A stretch of DNA of 60,887 nt, the filler included. It is 5 parts of 5 records of this genome, joined end to end, with 100 filler letters (N's around TTAATTAATTAA, not from the genome) between each part and the next. Parts side by side here need not be neighbours in the genome. Positions count along the whole stretch, not along the records: positions 36,902 to 46,596 come from SRR31156797_23862; positions 46,697 to 54,088 come from SRR31156797_23874; 3 more parts are not named here. One strand, written 5' to 3'. The notes under the pieces are model-generated. The model had not been told where the DNA came from. It saw only the letters and a list, made by a program, of their open reading frames with translations, and made no database searches. A program made the translations under genes and the position numbers. Shown here one piece after another: positions 40,611-50,133 of the stretch. Numbering within the stretch: position 1 is the stretch's first letter; each line of letters begins with the position of its first letter.

Positions 40611-43373
40611 TCAACTCCCGTCAACGGCATTCTGGATTATGTTTTTCAACTGTTCGGCTGAAAATGGTTTGGATAAATAATGTGTGCATCCATTTGCAAG
40701 GAATTCTTCCCGATGGCCTTTCATGGCATTTGCCGTAACGGCAACAATCGGGATTTCCCGAAAGCCATCGATCGTACGGATCTGTTTTGCCGTTTGCATC
40801 CCATTTAAGCCGGCTCCCAGGTTGATATCCATAAGAATGATATCAAATTTGTTTTTATGGGCATACTTGATGGCTTCGTTGCCGCTTTTAGCCGTTTTAA
40901 TTGTACACCAATCCTTCAGTGTATAAACCAGGTGTTTTCTGTTAATGTCATCATTTTCCACAATTAGAACCCTGGGCGAAGTAATATTGTGATGTTGTAG
41001 AATTTCTTGAGTGGGATTAACATCCTGATGATCCGATGTCGTGGTGTTGGAAACCATAACCGGTATTTCAATCATGAATTCAGAACCGCTTTTAAGCTCA
41101 CTGGAGGCCTTGATTTTGCCATGCAAAAGTTCAACATATTTTTTGCAAATCGTAAGTCCCAAACCCGCACCTTCAAATTGCCTGTCGTGCCCTTCACTGC
41201 CCTGCCTGAATTTTTCAAAGATGTGTTTTAAACGGTCCGATTCAATACCAATGCCTGTATCTGTGACCGAAATTTTCACCCAGTGGGTTCCGCTTTCTTT
41301 TACTACCGTTGTTTTTACATGTACACTTCCATCAGCGGTATATTTAATGGCGTTGTCGATAAGATTATTCAAAAGGTTTTGCAGCACTTTTCTGTCCGTG
41401 ATAATGTAGGTGAAGTCAGACTCTGTTTTGCCGGTTAACAGCAGGTTTTTTTTGTGCGCGCTTGCACGGAAAAGGGTAATAGCCTCATCCACAAATTCTT
41501 CCAGGTCAATTTCATTTTGCTCAATTTCCATCCTGTTCGATTCTATAATCGAGAGATCGATGATGGAATTGAGGGTGTCGAGCAGGCGTGTTCCGCTGGT
41601 ATGCACGATATCCGCCATTTCACGATAAACCTCATCGTAAATTTCGGTGCGTAGAACCTCGGTAAAGCCTAAAATTCCATTCAATGGCGTTCTTAACTCA
41701 TGACTCATGTTTGCCAGGAAAATGGATTTCAGCCTGTCGCTTTCTTCAGCTTTATCTTTGGCAATGATGAGTTCTTCGCGGCTTTTTATTAACTCCTTGT
41801 TTTTTTCGTCCAGTGACTTGTATGCGGCCTTTTTTTCCCGGGTCTGCCTGTTGAGAATAAACAATACAACAACAATGATTATAAACGCAATCAGGACAAT
41901 GGTAAGGATCAGTCTTTGGCGGTAAACGATATCCTGTTTATGCTTCAGGTCGAGCTGACTGATCTGGTTTTCACTGTTTAGCAATGCAATTTCCTGTTCT
42001 TTCTGCTCAAGTTCATATTGTGCTTTTACTTCCGATAATTGCTTGTGCAAATTTTTGTTGAACAATGAATCTTTTAGTTCAGTCATTTGTACAAAATATT
42101 GCAGTGCGTTTTTATAATCACCTTTAGCATTGCTTAATCTGTATAGGTTCTGATAAACTGCCAGAGAAACCTCCGGGTTTTTAATTTCGTTTGAAATCAT
42201 CAGGCTGCTGTCGTTGTAAAGGCGGGAAGATTCAAAATCACCGGCCTCAAAAAATATTTCGGCCATGGTAACATATGCAAAAGCAATTCCGTATTGATCC
42301 TCCAAATCTTTTTCAATAGAAAGTGATTTTTTTAGCATGACTGTGGCCAGATCCATTTCACCCAGCTTCATAAAACTCTCACCAAGGTTATTCATTGCCG
42401 TAGCAATTCCTGATTTGTCATCCAGTTCTTCATAAATGGCAAACGACTTTTCGTAATAATCGATTGCTGTATTGTGGTCACCTTTTTCAGCATAGATAAG
42501 CCCGATATTATTAAATGCACCCGCAATGCCAAGTTGATCATTGATTTCTTCCTCCAGTTTTAATGACAACTGGTAATATTTAAGTGCCTCATCAGGATTC
42601 CCCCAATTTTGATACAGAATTCCCAGATTGTTTAACACCTGTGCCTTTCCGGATTTGTTGCCGATTTTTTGCATCAATTCCAGTGAACGGTTATAATAGT
42701 CCACAGCCTTACTATAATTACCCATATTATAGAAAAGCAAACCCATTGAATTTAAAGTTTGTGCAGCAGATTCTACATCATCATCACCGTTGTATATCAT
42801 CAATGCTTTTTCATAATAATTTTTGGCCAGGTAATTTTCTGCCTTTTTTGTAAGTAAATCGGCATATAAAAAACTAAGCTCTGCCACCATATCCTTTCGA
42901 TTCAGGGAATCGTACTGGTCTATCGAAATATCATAGTAGTGTCCGGCTTTATCACCTTCATTCTCTGTGTCGTATAAATATGCCAGGTAATAGTTTGATC
43001 GTGCGATTAAATCCGGGGAGTTCAATTCTTCGCTCAGTTCGAGCCCCTGAAAATACTTTTCTTCGGCCTGTTGATACGCCTCAAGATACAGATGGCTATC
43101 ACCAATAATCAATAGGGCTTCAATATATTGTAGGCTGTCACCAAGGTTTTTTGCTTCCTGTAATGCCTCCTGTGCATACTTAAGCGCTTCTTCCGGGTAA
43201 TCAAATACAAGGTGGTCGGCAATCTGGTTTAAAACCTCAGGCCGTTCAGAGGCCGTGGAAACATCTAATTTTTGAAGCAGAGAATCAGGAATGGTTTGCG
43301 AGAAAATTTGTCCTGAAGTAATTGTTAAGATCAGGATTTGAAATATTAGCCGATAAAAGGATGTCGTTAGCAT
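40611..43373 (-). CDS. TPR-sensor hybrid histidine kinase/response regulator
   Basis: Periplasmic TPR array, TM, MSHELRTPLN, DNAIKY, GAGLGL, C-terminal REC domain (ILMDIN..SKP). Confidence 0.93.
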   Translation of the reverse strand: MLTTSFYRLIFQILILTITSGQIFSQTIPDSLLQKLDVSTASERPEVLNQIADHLVFDYPEEALKYAQEALQEAKNLGDSLQYIEALLIIGDSHLYLEAYQQAEEKYFQGLELSEELNSPDLIARSNYYLAYLYDTENEGDKAGHYYDISIDQYDSLNRKDMVAELSFLYADLLTKKAENYLAKNYYEKALMIYNGDDDVESAAQTLNSMGLLFYNMGNYSKAVDYYNRSLELMQKIGNKSGKAQVLNNLGILYQNWGNPDEALKYYQLSLKLEEEINDQLGIAGAFNNIGLIYAEKGDHNTAIDYYEKSFAIYEELDDKSGIATAMNNLGESFMKLGEMDLATVMLKKSLSIEKDLEDQYGIAFAYVTMAEIFFEAGDFESSRLYNDSSLMISNEIKNPEVSLAVYQNLYRLSNAKGDYKNALQYFVQMTELKDSLFNKNLHKQLSEVKAQYELEQKEQEIALLNSENQISQLDLKHKQDIVYRQRLILTIVLIAFIIIVVVLFILNRQTREKKAAYKSLDEKNKELIKSREELIIAKDKAEESDRLKSIFLANMSHELRTPLNGILGFTEVLRTEIYDEVYREMADIVHTSGTRLLDTLNSIIDLSIIESNRMEIEQNEIDLEEFVDEAITLFRASAHKKNLLLTGKTESDFTYIITDRKVLQNLLNNLIDNAIKYTADGSVHVKTTVVKESGTHWVKISVTDTGIGIESDRLKHIFEKFRQGSEGHDRQFEGAGLGLTICKKYVELLHGKIKASSELKSGSEFMIEIPVMVSNTTTSDHQDVNPTQEILQHHNITSPRVLIVENDDINRKHLVYTLKDWCTIKTAKSGNEAIKYAHKNKFDIILMDINLGAGLNGMQTAKQIRTIDGFREIPIVAVTANAMKGHREEFLANGCTHYLSKPFSAEQLKNIIQNAVDGS

Positions 43374-43416
43374 TGGTTTTGAAAAACATGCAAAAATAGT
43401 ATTTTAAAACATCCTG

Positions 43417-43455
43417 AAAAAATAAAAGGACATGCTCTTGATTGAACATGTCCTT
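43417..43455 (-). terminator. Intrinsic terminator
   Basis: AAGGACATG...CATGTCCTT hairpin with an A-rich left flank. Confidence 0.65.
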
Positions 43456-43480
43456 CATTTAGCTTAAAGCAAAATATCAT

Positions 43481-44158
43481 TTATTGAATGATTAATTTAC
43501 GGGTTTGATTTTCACCGAAGCGTACAAAATAAATACCTTTTGGATAAGTAGCCAGGCTAATTGTTCTGCTTTGCTCAGGGGAAACGAAATCACGATAAAC
43601 TGTTTTCCCGGTTAAATCGGTAAGTTCTACATTTGAAACCTTTCGTGACGTGTTTTCCAGGGTTAGAAAATGTGTTGCCGGATTGGGATAAATATGCATT
43701 TCAGGTGCCTTTGCTTCAGGAATTGAGGTAACCTCTGAAGCAATAATTTCAAAGGTCATCATTTTGCCCTCATCGGGATATTTTACGTTGTACACATAAA
43801 CGATTACCGTTGATGTACCAAGTTGGTCTCGCGGATTAACTGTTAAACGAATATAGCCGGGAACGGTATCAGCCAGCGGTCCTATGGTAGCGCTATCCGG
43901 AATCAATGAATAACATCCGCCGTTATCACAACTGCTGTATTCCCACTTGTCGAGTATATTGTTTTCTATGGCCACCCAACCAAAAGTGATGTCGTCAAAA
44001 TCGGGGTGTTCCATGTTTACCTGGACGTTTTTATACGTTTCCAGTTCAACATATTCGGTAACTACTTCACCGGGTTCAAAGGTAAAAGTTTGAGCTTCAA
44101 TCTGGAGTGTAAAGGCAATAGTAAAAAAGAGTGTGATGAGTAAAGTTTGGTTTTTCAT
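43481..44158 (-). CDS. T9SS type A C-terminal sorting domain protein
   Basis: Signal peptide; C-terminal IYPNPA..LTDLTGK..GIYFVR..TRKLII. Confidence 0.9.
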   Translation of the reverse strand: MKNQTLLITLFFTIAFTLQIEAQTFTFEPGEVVTEYVELETYKNVQVNMEHPDFDDITFGWVAIENNILDKWEYSSCDNGGCYSLIPDSATIGPLADTVPGYIRLTVNPRDQLGTSTVIVYVYNVKYPDEGKMMTFEIIASEVTSIPEAKAPEMHIYPNPATHFLTLENTSRKVSNVELTDLTGKTVYRDFVSPEQSRTISLATYPKGIYFVRFGENQTRKLIIQ

Positions 44159-44343
44159 AAATTTAAATTTTTACTTTTTTTCAAATGTAAGGTGGAATGT
44201 GTCTAAATAACAAGGGTGGGCTCGTTTTTGTGATTTATTTAACATTTTGATATTCAATTGCAAAAGCCCTTTAACACATGAGCCAGCACACAAACGCTAT
44301 TGATTTAAATGTTCTACCTTCGTAAAATTCAAACGAAAGTATT

Positions 44344-46512
44344 ATGACGAAAAAGAGAAAACAACCCCGAAAAAAGGCGCCCCGCTTAGGAAGAAAAACT
44401 TTAGAAGCAGCTATTCACAGCTTTTTTGCTGAAAACCCATTCTCATCCTATAATCACAAACAAATTGCCCATGTGATAGGTGCAAGAGATGTGGCCGCCA
44501 AAAACCTTGTGAAAGAGATTCTGAACGATCTCGCCAAAAAGGGTGACCTGGATGAATACAGGCGTGGGAAATACAAAATTAACCCTGACAGACTGCATGA
44601 ATTCACACCGGTTAAAAATGATATTACCGGGAAAGTGGATATGAAACAAACCGGTAAGGCCTATGTCATTTCTGACGAGTTGGCTGATGATGTTTTTATC
44701 GGTTCAAATCATACTGGCCATGCCCTGCATAACGATATAGTAAAAGTTCAGCTTTTTCCCAAACGACGTGGTCACAAACTTGAGGGCCAAATCACTGAGA
44801 TTATCAGCAGAGCCAAAACACGTTTTGTTGGTACGATTGAAAAATCCCACAAATTCGCCTTTCTGATTTCCGACAGCAACACCATGCCGGTGGATATTTT
44901 TATCCCGTTAGCCGATTTGAAAGGCGCCAAAAATGGCCAGAAAGCTGTTGTAAAAATGACCGACTGGCCCGAGCATGCCAACAACCCTTTCGGTGAAGTA
45001 GAAAAAGTGCTGGGCCGTCCCGGTGACAACGAAGTGGAAATGCAGGCCATCCTGGCTGAGCACGATTTTCCCCTTTCGTTCCCACAAGCCGCAGAAAAAG
45101 AAGCTGAAAAAATCCAAACAAAAATAAGTGGTGCTGATATCAAAGGCAGACGCGATATTCGAAAAATCCAAACATTCACCATCGACCCGGCTGATGCCAA
45201 AGATTTTGATGATGCCATCTCCTACCGCAAGCTGGAAAACGGAAACCATGAGGTAGGTGTTCACATTGCCGATGTTTCGCATTATGTGAAACCCGGTGGT
45301 GCCATCGACCAGGAAGCCTACAACCGGGGAACATCCATTTACCTGGTGGACCGGGTAATCCCAATGCTGCCTGAAAAACTGTCGAACAATGTTTGCTCGC
45401 TAAGGCCCAATGAAGAAAAGCTCACCTTCTCCGCCATTTTTGAATTGGATGATGATGTGAAAATACTCTCGGAATGGTTTGGCAAAACGATCATCAACAG
45501 CGACCGCCGTTTCGACTATGAAACCGCCCAAAAAATCATTGAGACCGGCAAGGGAGAAATGCAGGAAGAAATGTTGACGGTTCACCAACTCGCTGAAAAA
45601 ATTAAGAACATCCGGTTTAAAAATGGTGCCATCAACTTTCACACCGAGGAGGTGAAATTTATTCTCGATGAAAAAGGTAAACCTGTTGACACCTACGTGA
45701 AGGTTCAGAAAGAGGCCAACTGGCTCATCGAGGAATTTATGCTGCTGGCCAACCGCCGTGTTGCCGAACGTATCGGCAGGCAACGTGGTAAGAATCCACC
45801 CAAAACTTTTGTGTATCGTATCCACGATCAACCTTCGCCGGAGAAGCTAAACAACTTCATGCAATTTGTGGGCAGGCTCGGATACAAAATGCACCTGCGT
45901 TCCGAAAAAAGTCTGGCCAAATCCTTTAACGACCTTTTCCAGCAGGTACATGGCAAAGGAGAGGAAAACCTTGTGGAAACGCTGGCTGTGCGCACCATGG
46001 CTAAAGCTGAATATTCCACGCAAAACATTGGCCATTATGGGCTTGCTTTTAAATATTACACACACTTTACTTCCCCAATCCGCCGCTACCCTGACCTGAT
46101 GGTTCACCGGCTGCTTGAAATGTATTTTGACCGGAAGCCTTCGGTAAATCAGGAAGAATATGAGTCGATATGCCAGCATGCCTCTGAAATGGAGCGCAAG
46201 GCTGTGGAGGCTGAACGCGCATCCATCAAACTGAAGCAGGCTGAGTTTATGGCTGATAAAATCGGTGAGGAGTTCGACGGGCTCATTTCAGGGGTTTCAA
46301 AGTATGGTGTGTTTGTAGAAGTGAAGAAAAACAAATGTGAGGGCATGATCAGGCTGCGTGATCTGGACGATGATTTTTATTACCTGGACGAAGAAAACTA
46401 CAAAGTGATTGGCCACCGCTACGGCAATGAATTTAAACTGGGCGATCCCATTCGCATCCGTGTGAAACATATCGACATCCGCAAGAAGCATTTGGATTAC
46501 GAGCTGGCGTGA
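44344..46512 (+). CDS. rnr: Ribonuclease R
   Basis: FTIDPADAKDFDDAIS, HIADVSHYV, LIEEFMLLAN, YTHFTSPIRRYPDL, C-terminal S1 domain. Confidence 0.96.
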   Translation: MTKKRKQPRKKAPRLGRKTLEAAIHSFFAENPFSSYNHKQIAHVIGARDVAAKNLVKEILNDLAKKGDLDEYRRGKYKINPDRLHEFTPVKNDITGKVDMKQTGKAYVISDELADDVFIGSNHTGHALHNDIVKVQLFPKRRGHKLEGQITEIISRAKTRFVGTIEKSHKFAFLISDSNTMPVDIFIPLADLKGAKNGQKAVVKMTDWPEHANNPFGEVEKVLGRPGDNEVEMQAILAEHDFPLSFPQAAEKEAEKIQTKISGADIKGRRDIRKIQTFTIDPADAKDFDDAISYRKLENGNHEVGVHIADVSHYVKPGGAIDQEAYNRGTSIYLVDRVIPMLPEKLSNNVCSLRPNEEKLTFSAIFELDDDVKILSEWFGKTIINSDRRFDYETAQKIIETGKGEMQEEMLTVHQLAEKIKNIRFKNGAINFHTEEVKFILDEKGKPVDTYVKVQKEANWLIEEFMLLANRRVAERIGRQRGKNPPKTFVYRIHDQPSPEKLNNFMQFVGRLGYKMHLRSEKSLAKSFNDLFQQVHGKGEENLVETLAVRTMAKAEYSTQNIGHYGLAFKYYTHFTSPIRRYPDLMVHRLLEMYFDRKPSVNQEEYESICQHASEMERKAVEAERASIKLKQAEFMADKIGEEFDGLISGVSKYGVFVEVKKNKCEGMIRLRDLDDDFYYLDEENYKVIGHRYGNEFKLGDPIRIRVKHIDIRKKHLDYELA

Positions 46513-46596
46513 GGGGAAGGAGGCTTAGAGAAGAAGCACCTTGGGCGAAGTAGGCAATGAGGTCGACTGTCTTGTCCTGAAATAGGTTTACATAAA

Positions 46597-46696
46597 NNNN
46601 NNNNNNNNNNNNNNNNNNNNNNNNNNNNNNNNNNNNNNNNTTAATTAATTAANNNNNNNNNNNNNNNNNNNNNNNNNNNNNNNNNNNNNNNNNNNN
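46597..46696. other. Artificial contig linker
   Basis: N44-TTAATTAATTAA-N44. Confidence 0.98.
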
Positions 46697-46698
46697 AA

Positions 46699-49332
46699 AA
46701 AAATTCAAACGGCTCTCTCTTCAATCCGGACGGAAGGTTCGAACATACGGCGCCTGACAGCCCCAGGCTGAAAAAATTACGGACCGACATTCTGCAATCC
46801 AAATATCATCTCTGTACGCAAAAAGCTTCTTTGTTGACGGAATATTTCATGAGCCGCGGCAAACCGGATCCGCTGTTTTCCTTAATTTCCAATTTACATT
46901 ACACACTCTTCAAAAAATCCCTTGAAAAAACCGCCCAAGGCATACCCCAGAAAAAATGGCAGATAGCCTTTAATGAATATTTAAATCGTTTTTACCTAAA
47001 CAGATCAGGGCTATCCAGATCAGGGCAAATGATCGCCCAGGCCGAAGCCCTGGCCTATATCCTGGACAACATGCCCCTGACAGTGTACGAACATGAACTG
47101 ATTGTGGGCAATCCTTCTTCCCACCGGGTCGGCGCCCCCATTCACCCCGATCTGGGCGGCATGATGATGCTCCCTGAAATTGACCGGCTCGATTCCAGGC
47201 CGCAAAATCCCATGACTGTTGCACCAGGTCAGTTGGAAGAACTCAAGGAAACTATTTTCCCTTACTGGTTTAACCGCTCCGTCCTGGCCATGATGCCCCT
47301 ATACAGCAAAAACCGAGAACTGCCGGCCCAGTTGCTGGAAGGCAGTTCGTTCATACTCACCCAGTTTGCCGGGATATCACATGTTACGCCGGATTATGAA
47401 AAAGTTCTGCGCGTGGGCTTTAAAGGAATAAAAACCGAATTGCTCGAAAAACTTGTCGAGGTCAATTATGAAATCGCAGACAGGTCAAAACGTCCTGATA
47501 CGGGCCGGCAGACAGAAGCCATAAGCGACCTTCGAACCAAGTCGGCTTTTTACAAGGCCGCTCTTATAACAGTAGATGCAGGCATCAGGTACGGTTTCAG
47601 GTGGCGGAGCAGCCTGGAAGAATTGGCCGGAATGGAAAAAGATGAAATTAGGCGCTCTGAACTTTTATTTCTGGCCGACATGTTTTCCCGAATACCGGGA
47701 GAACCGGCGTCAACTTTTTACGAAGCGGTTCAAAGCCTGTTTATCGCCCATGTTATGGTCCACCAGGAAAGCTTTCAACACGGAGTTTCCTTTGGCCGGT
47801 TAGACCAATATCTTTATCCGTATTTCAAACAGGACCTGAATTCCGGAAAACTGACGATAGAAAAAACCGTGGAAATTCTGGGCTGCTTTCTTGGCAAAGC
47901 CGGAGAGTTGCTGCCGCTTTTTTTTGACCGGGCCACTGAATATTTCAGCGGCCTGTCATCCGCGTCAGGCATCACTTTGGGCGGCCTGAAACAGGACGAT
48001 CGCGATGGCGTAAACGAGCTATCCTACTTGATTTTGCAGGCCTACGACCAGGTGAGATTAAGACAGCCCAACATTCATGTCAGAATTAATGAACAGTCGC
48101 CGGATGATTTTCTGGAATTATCCACGCGGGTTTTGAGAAAAGGGGGAGGCCTCCCGGCTTTTTTCAATGACCGGCGCATAATTCCAACACTGGAAAATTT
48201 CGGCATCCGGAAAAACGACGCCATTGAATATTCAATTGTCGGATGCGTGGAATGGGGCGTTCCCGGTAAAAGCTTTCCCGCTGCCGGCGCCGTTTTCATC
48301 AACCTGGCTCTGGCCCTTTACCTGGCCCTTCACAACGGGCTGCTTAATAAAAAAAGATTTGGTCCGGCAACAGGCGAAATCCAGGATTTAAAAACAATGG
48401 ATGACCTCCTGCAGGCCTTCAGGCTTCAGTTGCGAAATATTATTTCTATTGCGGTTGAAGGCAACAATGCCATAGAAAGAGCCCATGCCTGTCACCGGCC
48501 CACGCCGCTGCTGTCGGCCATTGTGGATGGATGCATTGCCTCCGGCGAAGAAGTAAATAACGGCGGCGCTGTTTACAATTCAACCGGCTGCCAGGGAGTG
48601 GGATTGGCCGACGTGGTCGACTCCATCATTGCTGTTGATGAAATCGTATTTCGTGAAAAGCAAATGCCTCTCAAAGAATTTATTGATAAAACAGATGATG
48701 ATTTTAAAACCGATTATCAATTATTGAACCATATAATCAACAAGTTGCCCAAATTCGGCTTGAACAAAAAACGAGCCGGCGATTTCGCGGAAATCATTTC
48801 AGGGCTGTTTGCTGATGAAGTATTTAAAATGACTAATCCCAGGGGCGGAAAATACGCCGCCGGGTTCTGGTCCATGACCACTCACCAGGGATTTGGCGCC
48901 AGAACTCCGACCCTGCCCAACGGCCGGTTGAAAGGAATTCCGCTTTCCAACGGCGCATCCCCGGCCAACGGCCGGGACAGGCAGGGCCCCACGGCAGCCC
49001 TGGCCGACGCCGCCTTTCTAAAAAGCGACCTGATAGCAAACGGATATGCCCTGAACATGAAATTGAACACAATAAACATGCCCGACCCAAAGAGTGAAAA
49101 ATTGCTGGAATGGCTCATCAAGGGCTATTTTAATAATGGCGGCATGCAGGTTCAGTTCAATATTGTCGATCCCGAAACCCTCCTTGACGCCCGGGACCAT
49201 CCGGAAAAATATCCGGACCTGGTTGTACGCGTATCCGGTTATTCCGCCTATTTCAACGACCTGACCGAATCGATGAAAAATGAGTTGATTGCCAGGTCAA
49301 TTCATAATATATGCGATGATAGTTGTTGCTGA
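46699..49332 (+). CDS. Glycyl radical enzyme (PFL superfamily) of unknown substrate, 5'-open
   Basis: ELIVGN, SFGRLDQYLYP, QPNIHVR, Cys loop IVGCVEW (48241-48255), NGASP, Gly loop RVSGYSAYF (49228-). The frame is open back to the contig edge. Confidence 0.93.
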   Translation, partial: KNSNGSLFNPDGRFEHTAPDSPRLKKLRTDILQSKYHLCTQKASLLTEYFMSRGKPDPLFSLISNLHYTLFKKSLEKTAQGIPQKKWQIAFNEYLNRFYLNRSGLSRSGQMIAQAEALAYILDNMPLTVYEHELIVGNPSSHRVGAPIHPDLGGMMMLPEIDRLDSRPQNPMTVAPGQLEELKETIFPYWFNRSVLAMMPLYSKNRELPAQLLEGSSFILTQFAGISHVTPDYEKVLRVGFKGIKTELLEKLVEVNYEIADRSKRPDTGRQTEAISDLRTKSAFYKAALITVDAGIRYGFRWRSSLEELAGMEKDEIRRSELLFLADMFSRIPGEPASTFYEAVQSLFIAHVMVHQESFQHGVSFGRLDQYLYPYFKQDLNSGKLTIEKTVEILGCFLGKAGELLPLFFDRATEYFSGLSSASGITLGGLKQDDRDGVNELSYLILQAYDQVRLRQPNIHVRINEQSPDDFLELSTRVLRKGGGLPAFFNDRRIIPTLENFGIRKNDAIEYSIVGCVEWGVPGKSFPAAGAVFINLALALYLALHNGLLNKKRFGPATGEIQDLKTMDDLLQAFRLQLRNIISIAVEGNNAIERAHACHRPTPLLSAIVDGCIASGEEVNNGGAVYNSTGCQGVGLADVVDSIIAVDEIVFREKQMPLKEFIDKTDDDFKTDYQLLNHIINKLPKFGLNKKRAGDFAEIISGLFADEVFKMTNPRGGKYAAGFWSMTTHQGFGARTPTLPNGRLKGIPLSNGASPANGRDRQGPTAALADAAFLKSDLIANGYALNMKLNTINMPDPKSEKLLEWLIKGYFNNGGMQVQFNIVDPETLLDARDHPEKYPDLVVRVSGYSAYFNDLTESMKNELIARSIHNICDDSCC

Positions 49333-49407
49333 TCGCTCGGCGCCGCCCTTCGCCCCACCGACATTAAAACGGCGTCTTGAGCATTGTTTTGAAAGGAAAC
49401 CAAACTA

Positions 49408-50133
49408 TTGGACCCCGCCGTTTTTCTCTTCATGGGCCTTGGCGCTTTTACCTTCAGCTTTGCCGGCTTTGGCTTCGCCTTGATGGTCGTACCGCTTTTA
49501 TCTCTTCTTCTTCCGGTTAAAATAGCGGTAGCATTTCAATTTCCGTACGCCTTTGCCCTGGTTATTTACCACACCTGGAAATACGGCCGAAAGGTGTCAT
49601 GGAAAAAGCTTCGTTCACTCACCTTTGCCGCCCTTTTAGTCATGCCGGTTGGTCTTTTATCCCTTAATTATTTTCCGGAAAACATTCTGAAGAAATCCCT
49701 GGCCTCATTCACTGCCATCATGGTTCTCTGGTCCTGGCTTTCATCCTTGGCCGGGGCTTCGCCCATAAAAGACGTCCCTGCCATTCGAGGCTCGGTCTGG
49801 GGGATTATCAGCGGCTGGTTTCAGGGGGCGTACTGCACCGGCGGCCCCCCGGCTGTTATCTACATTATGTCTGTTTCAGACGACCCCAAAGAAGCCAAGG
49901 GATTGATGAGCGACTACTTTATAGTCACATTCGTACTAACCGCCGTCTTGTTCGGTTTAAACGGCATGTTCTCGGTGGAACAACTTTTGGAAGCGCTAAA
50001 GTACTGCCCGGCCGTTATCGGCGGGACCCTGCTCGGGTCCTGGGCCTTTGGCAAAGCCAATGATCGGATTTACAGGCGGGTGGTGGATATTCTGCTATTG
50101 ACCGCTTCAGTAATTCTCTGGGTTCGCTCCTAA
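49408..50133 (+). CDS. Sulfite exporter TauE/SafE (TSUP) family membrane protein
   Basis: FAGFGFALM and GIISGWFQG...TGGPP motifs, about 8 TMs, TTG start behind AAGGA. Confidence 0.85.
   Translation: MDPAVFLFMGLGAFTFSFAGFGFALMVVPLLSLLLPVKIAVAFQFPYAFALVIYHTWKYGRKVSWKKLRSLTFAALLVMPVGLLSLNYFPENILKKSLASFTAIMVLWSWLSSLAGASPIKDVPAIRGSVWGIISGWFQGAYCTGGPPAVIYIMSVSDDPKEAKGLMSDYFIVTFVLTAVLFGLNGMFSVEQLLEALKYCPAVIGGTLLGSWAFGKANDRIYRRVVDILLLTASVILWVRS

Noticed and set aside
46699-49332. Pyruvate formate-lyase (pflB) or benzylsuccinate synthase
   Set aside because: No CC active-site pair. C-x-E points to an eliminase, and no small Bss subunits are nearby.
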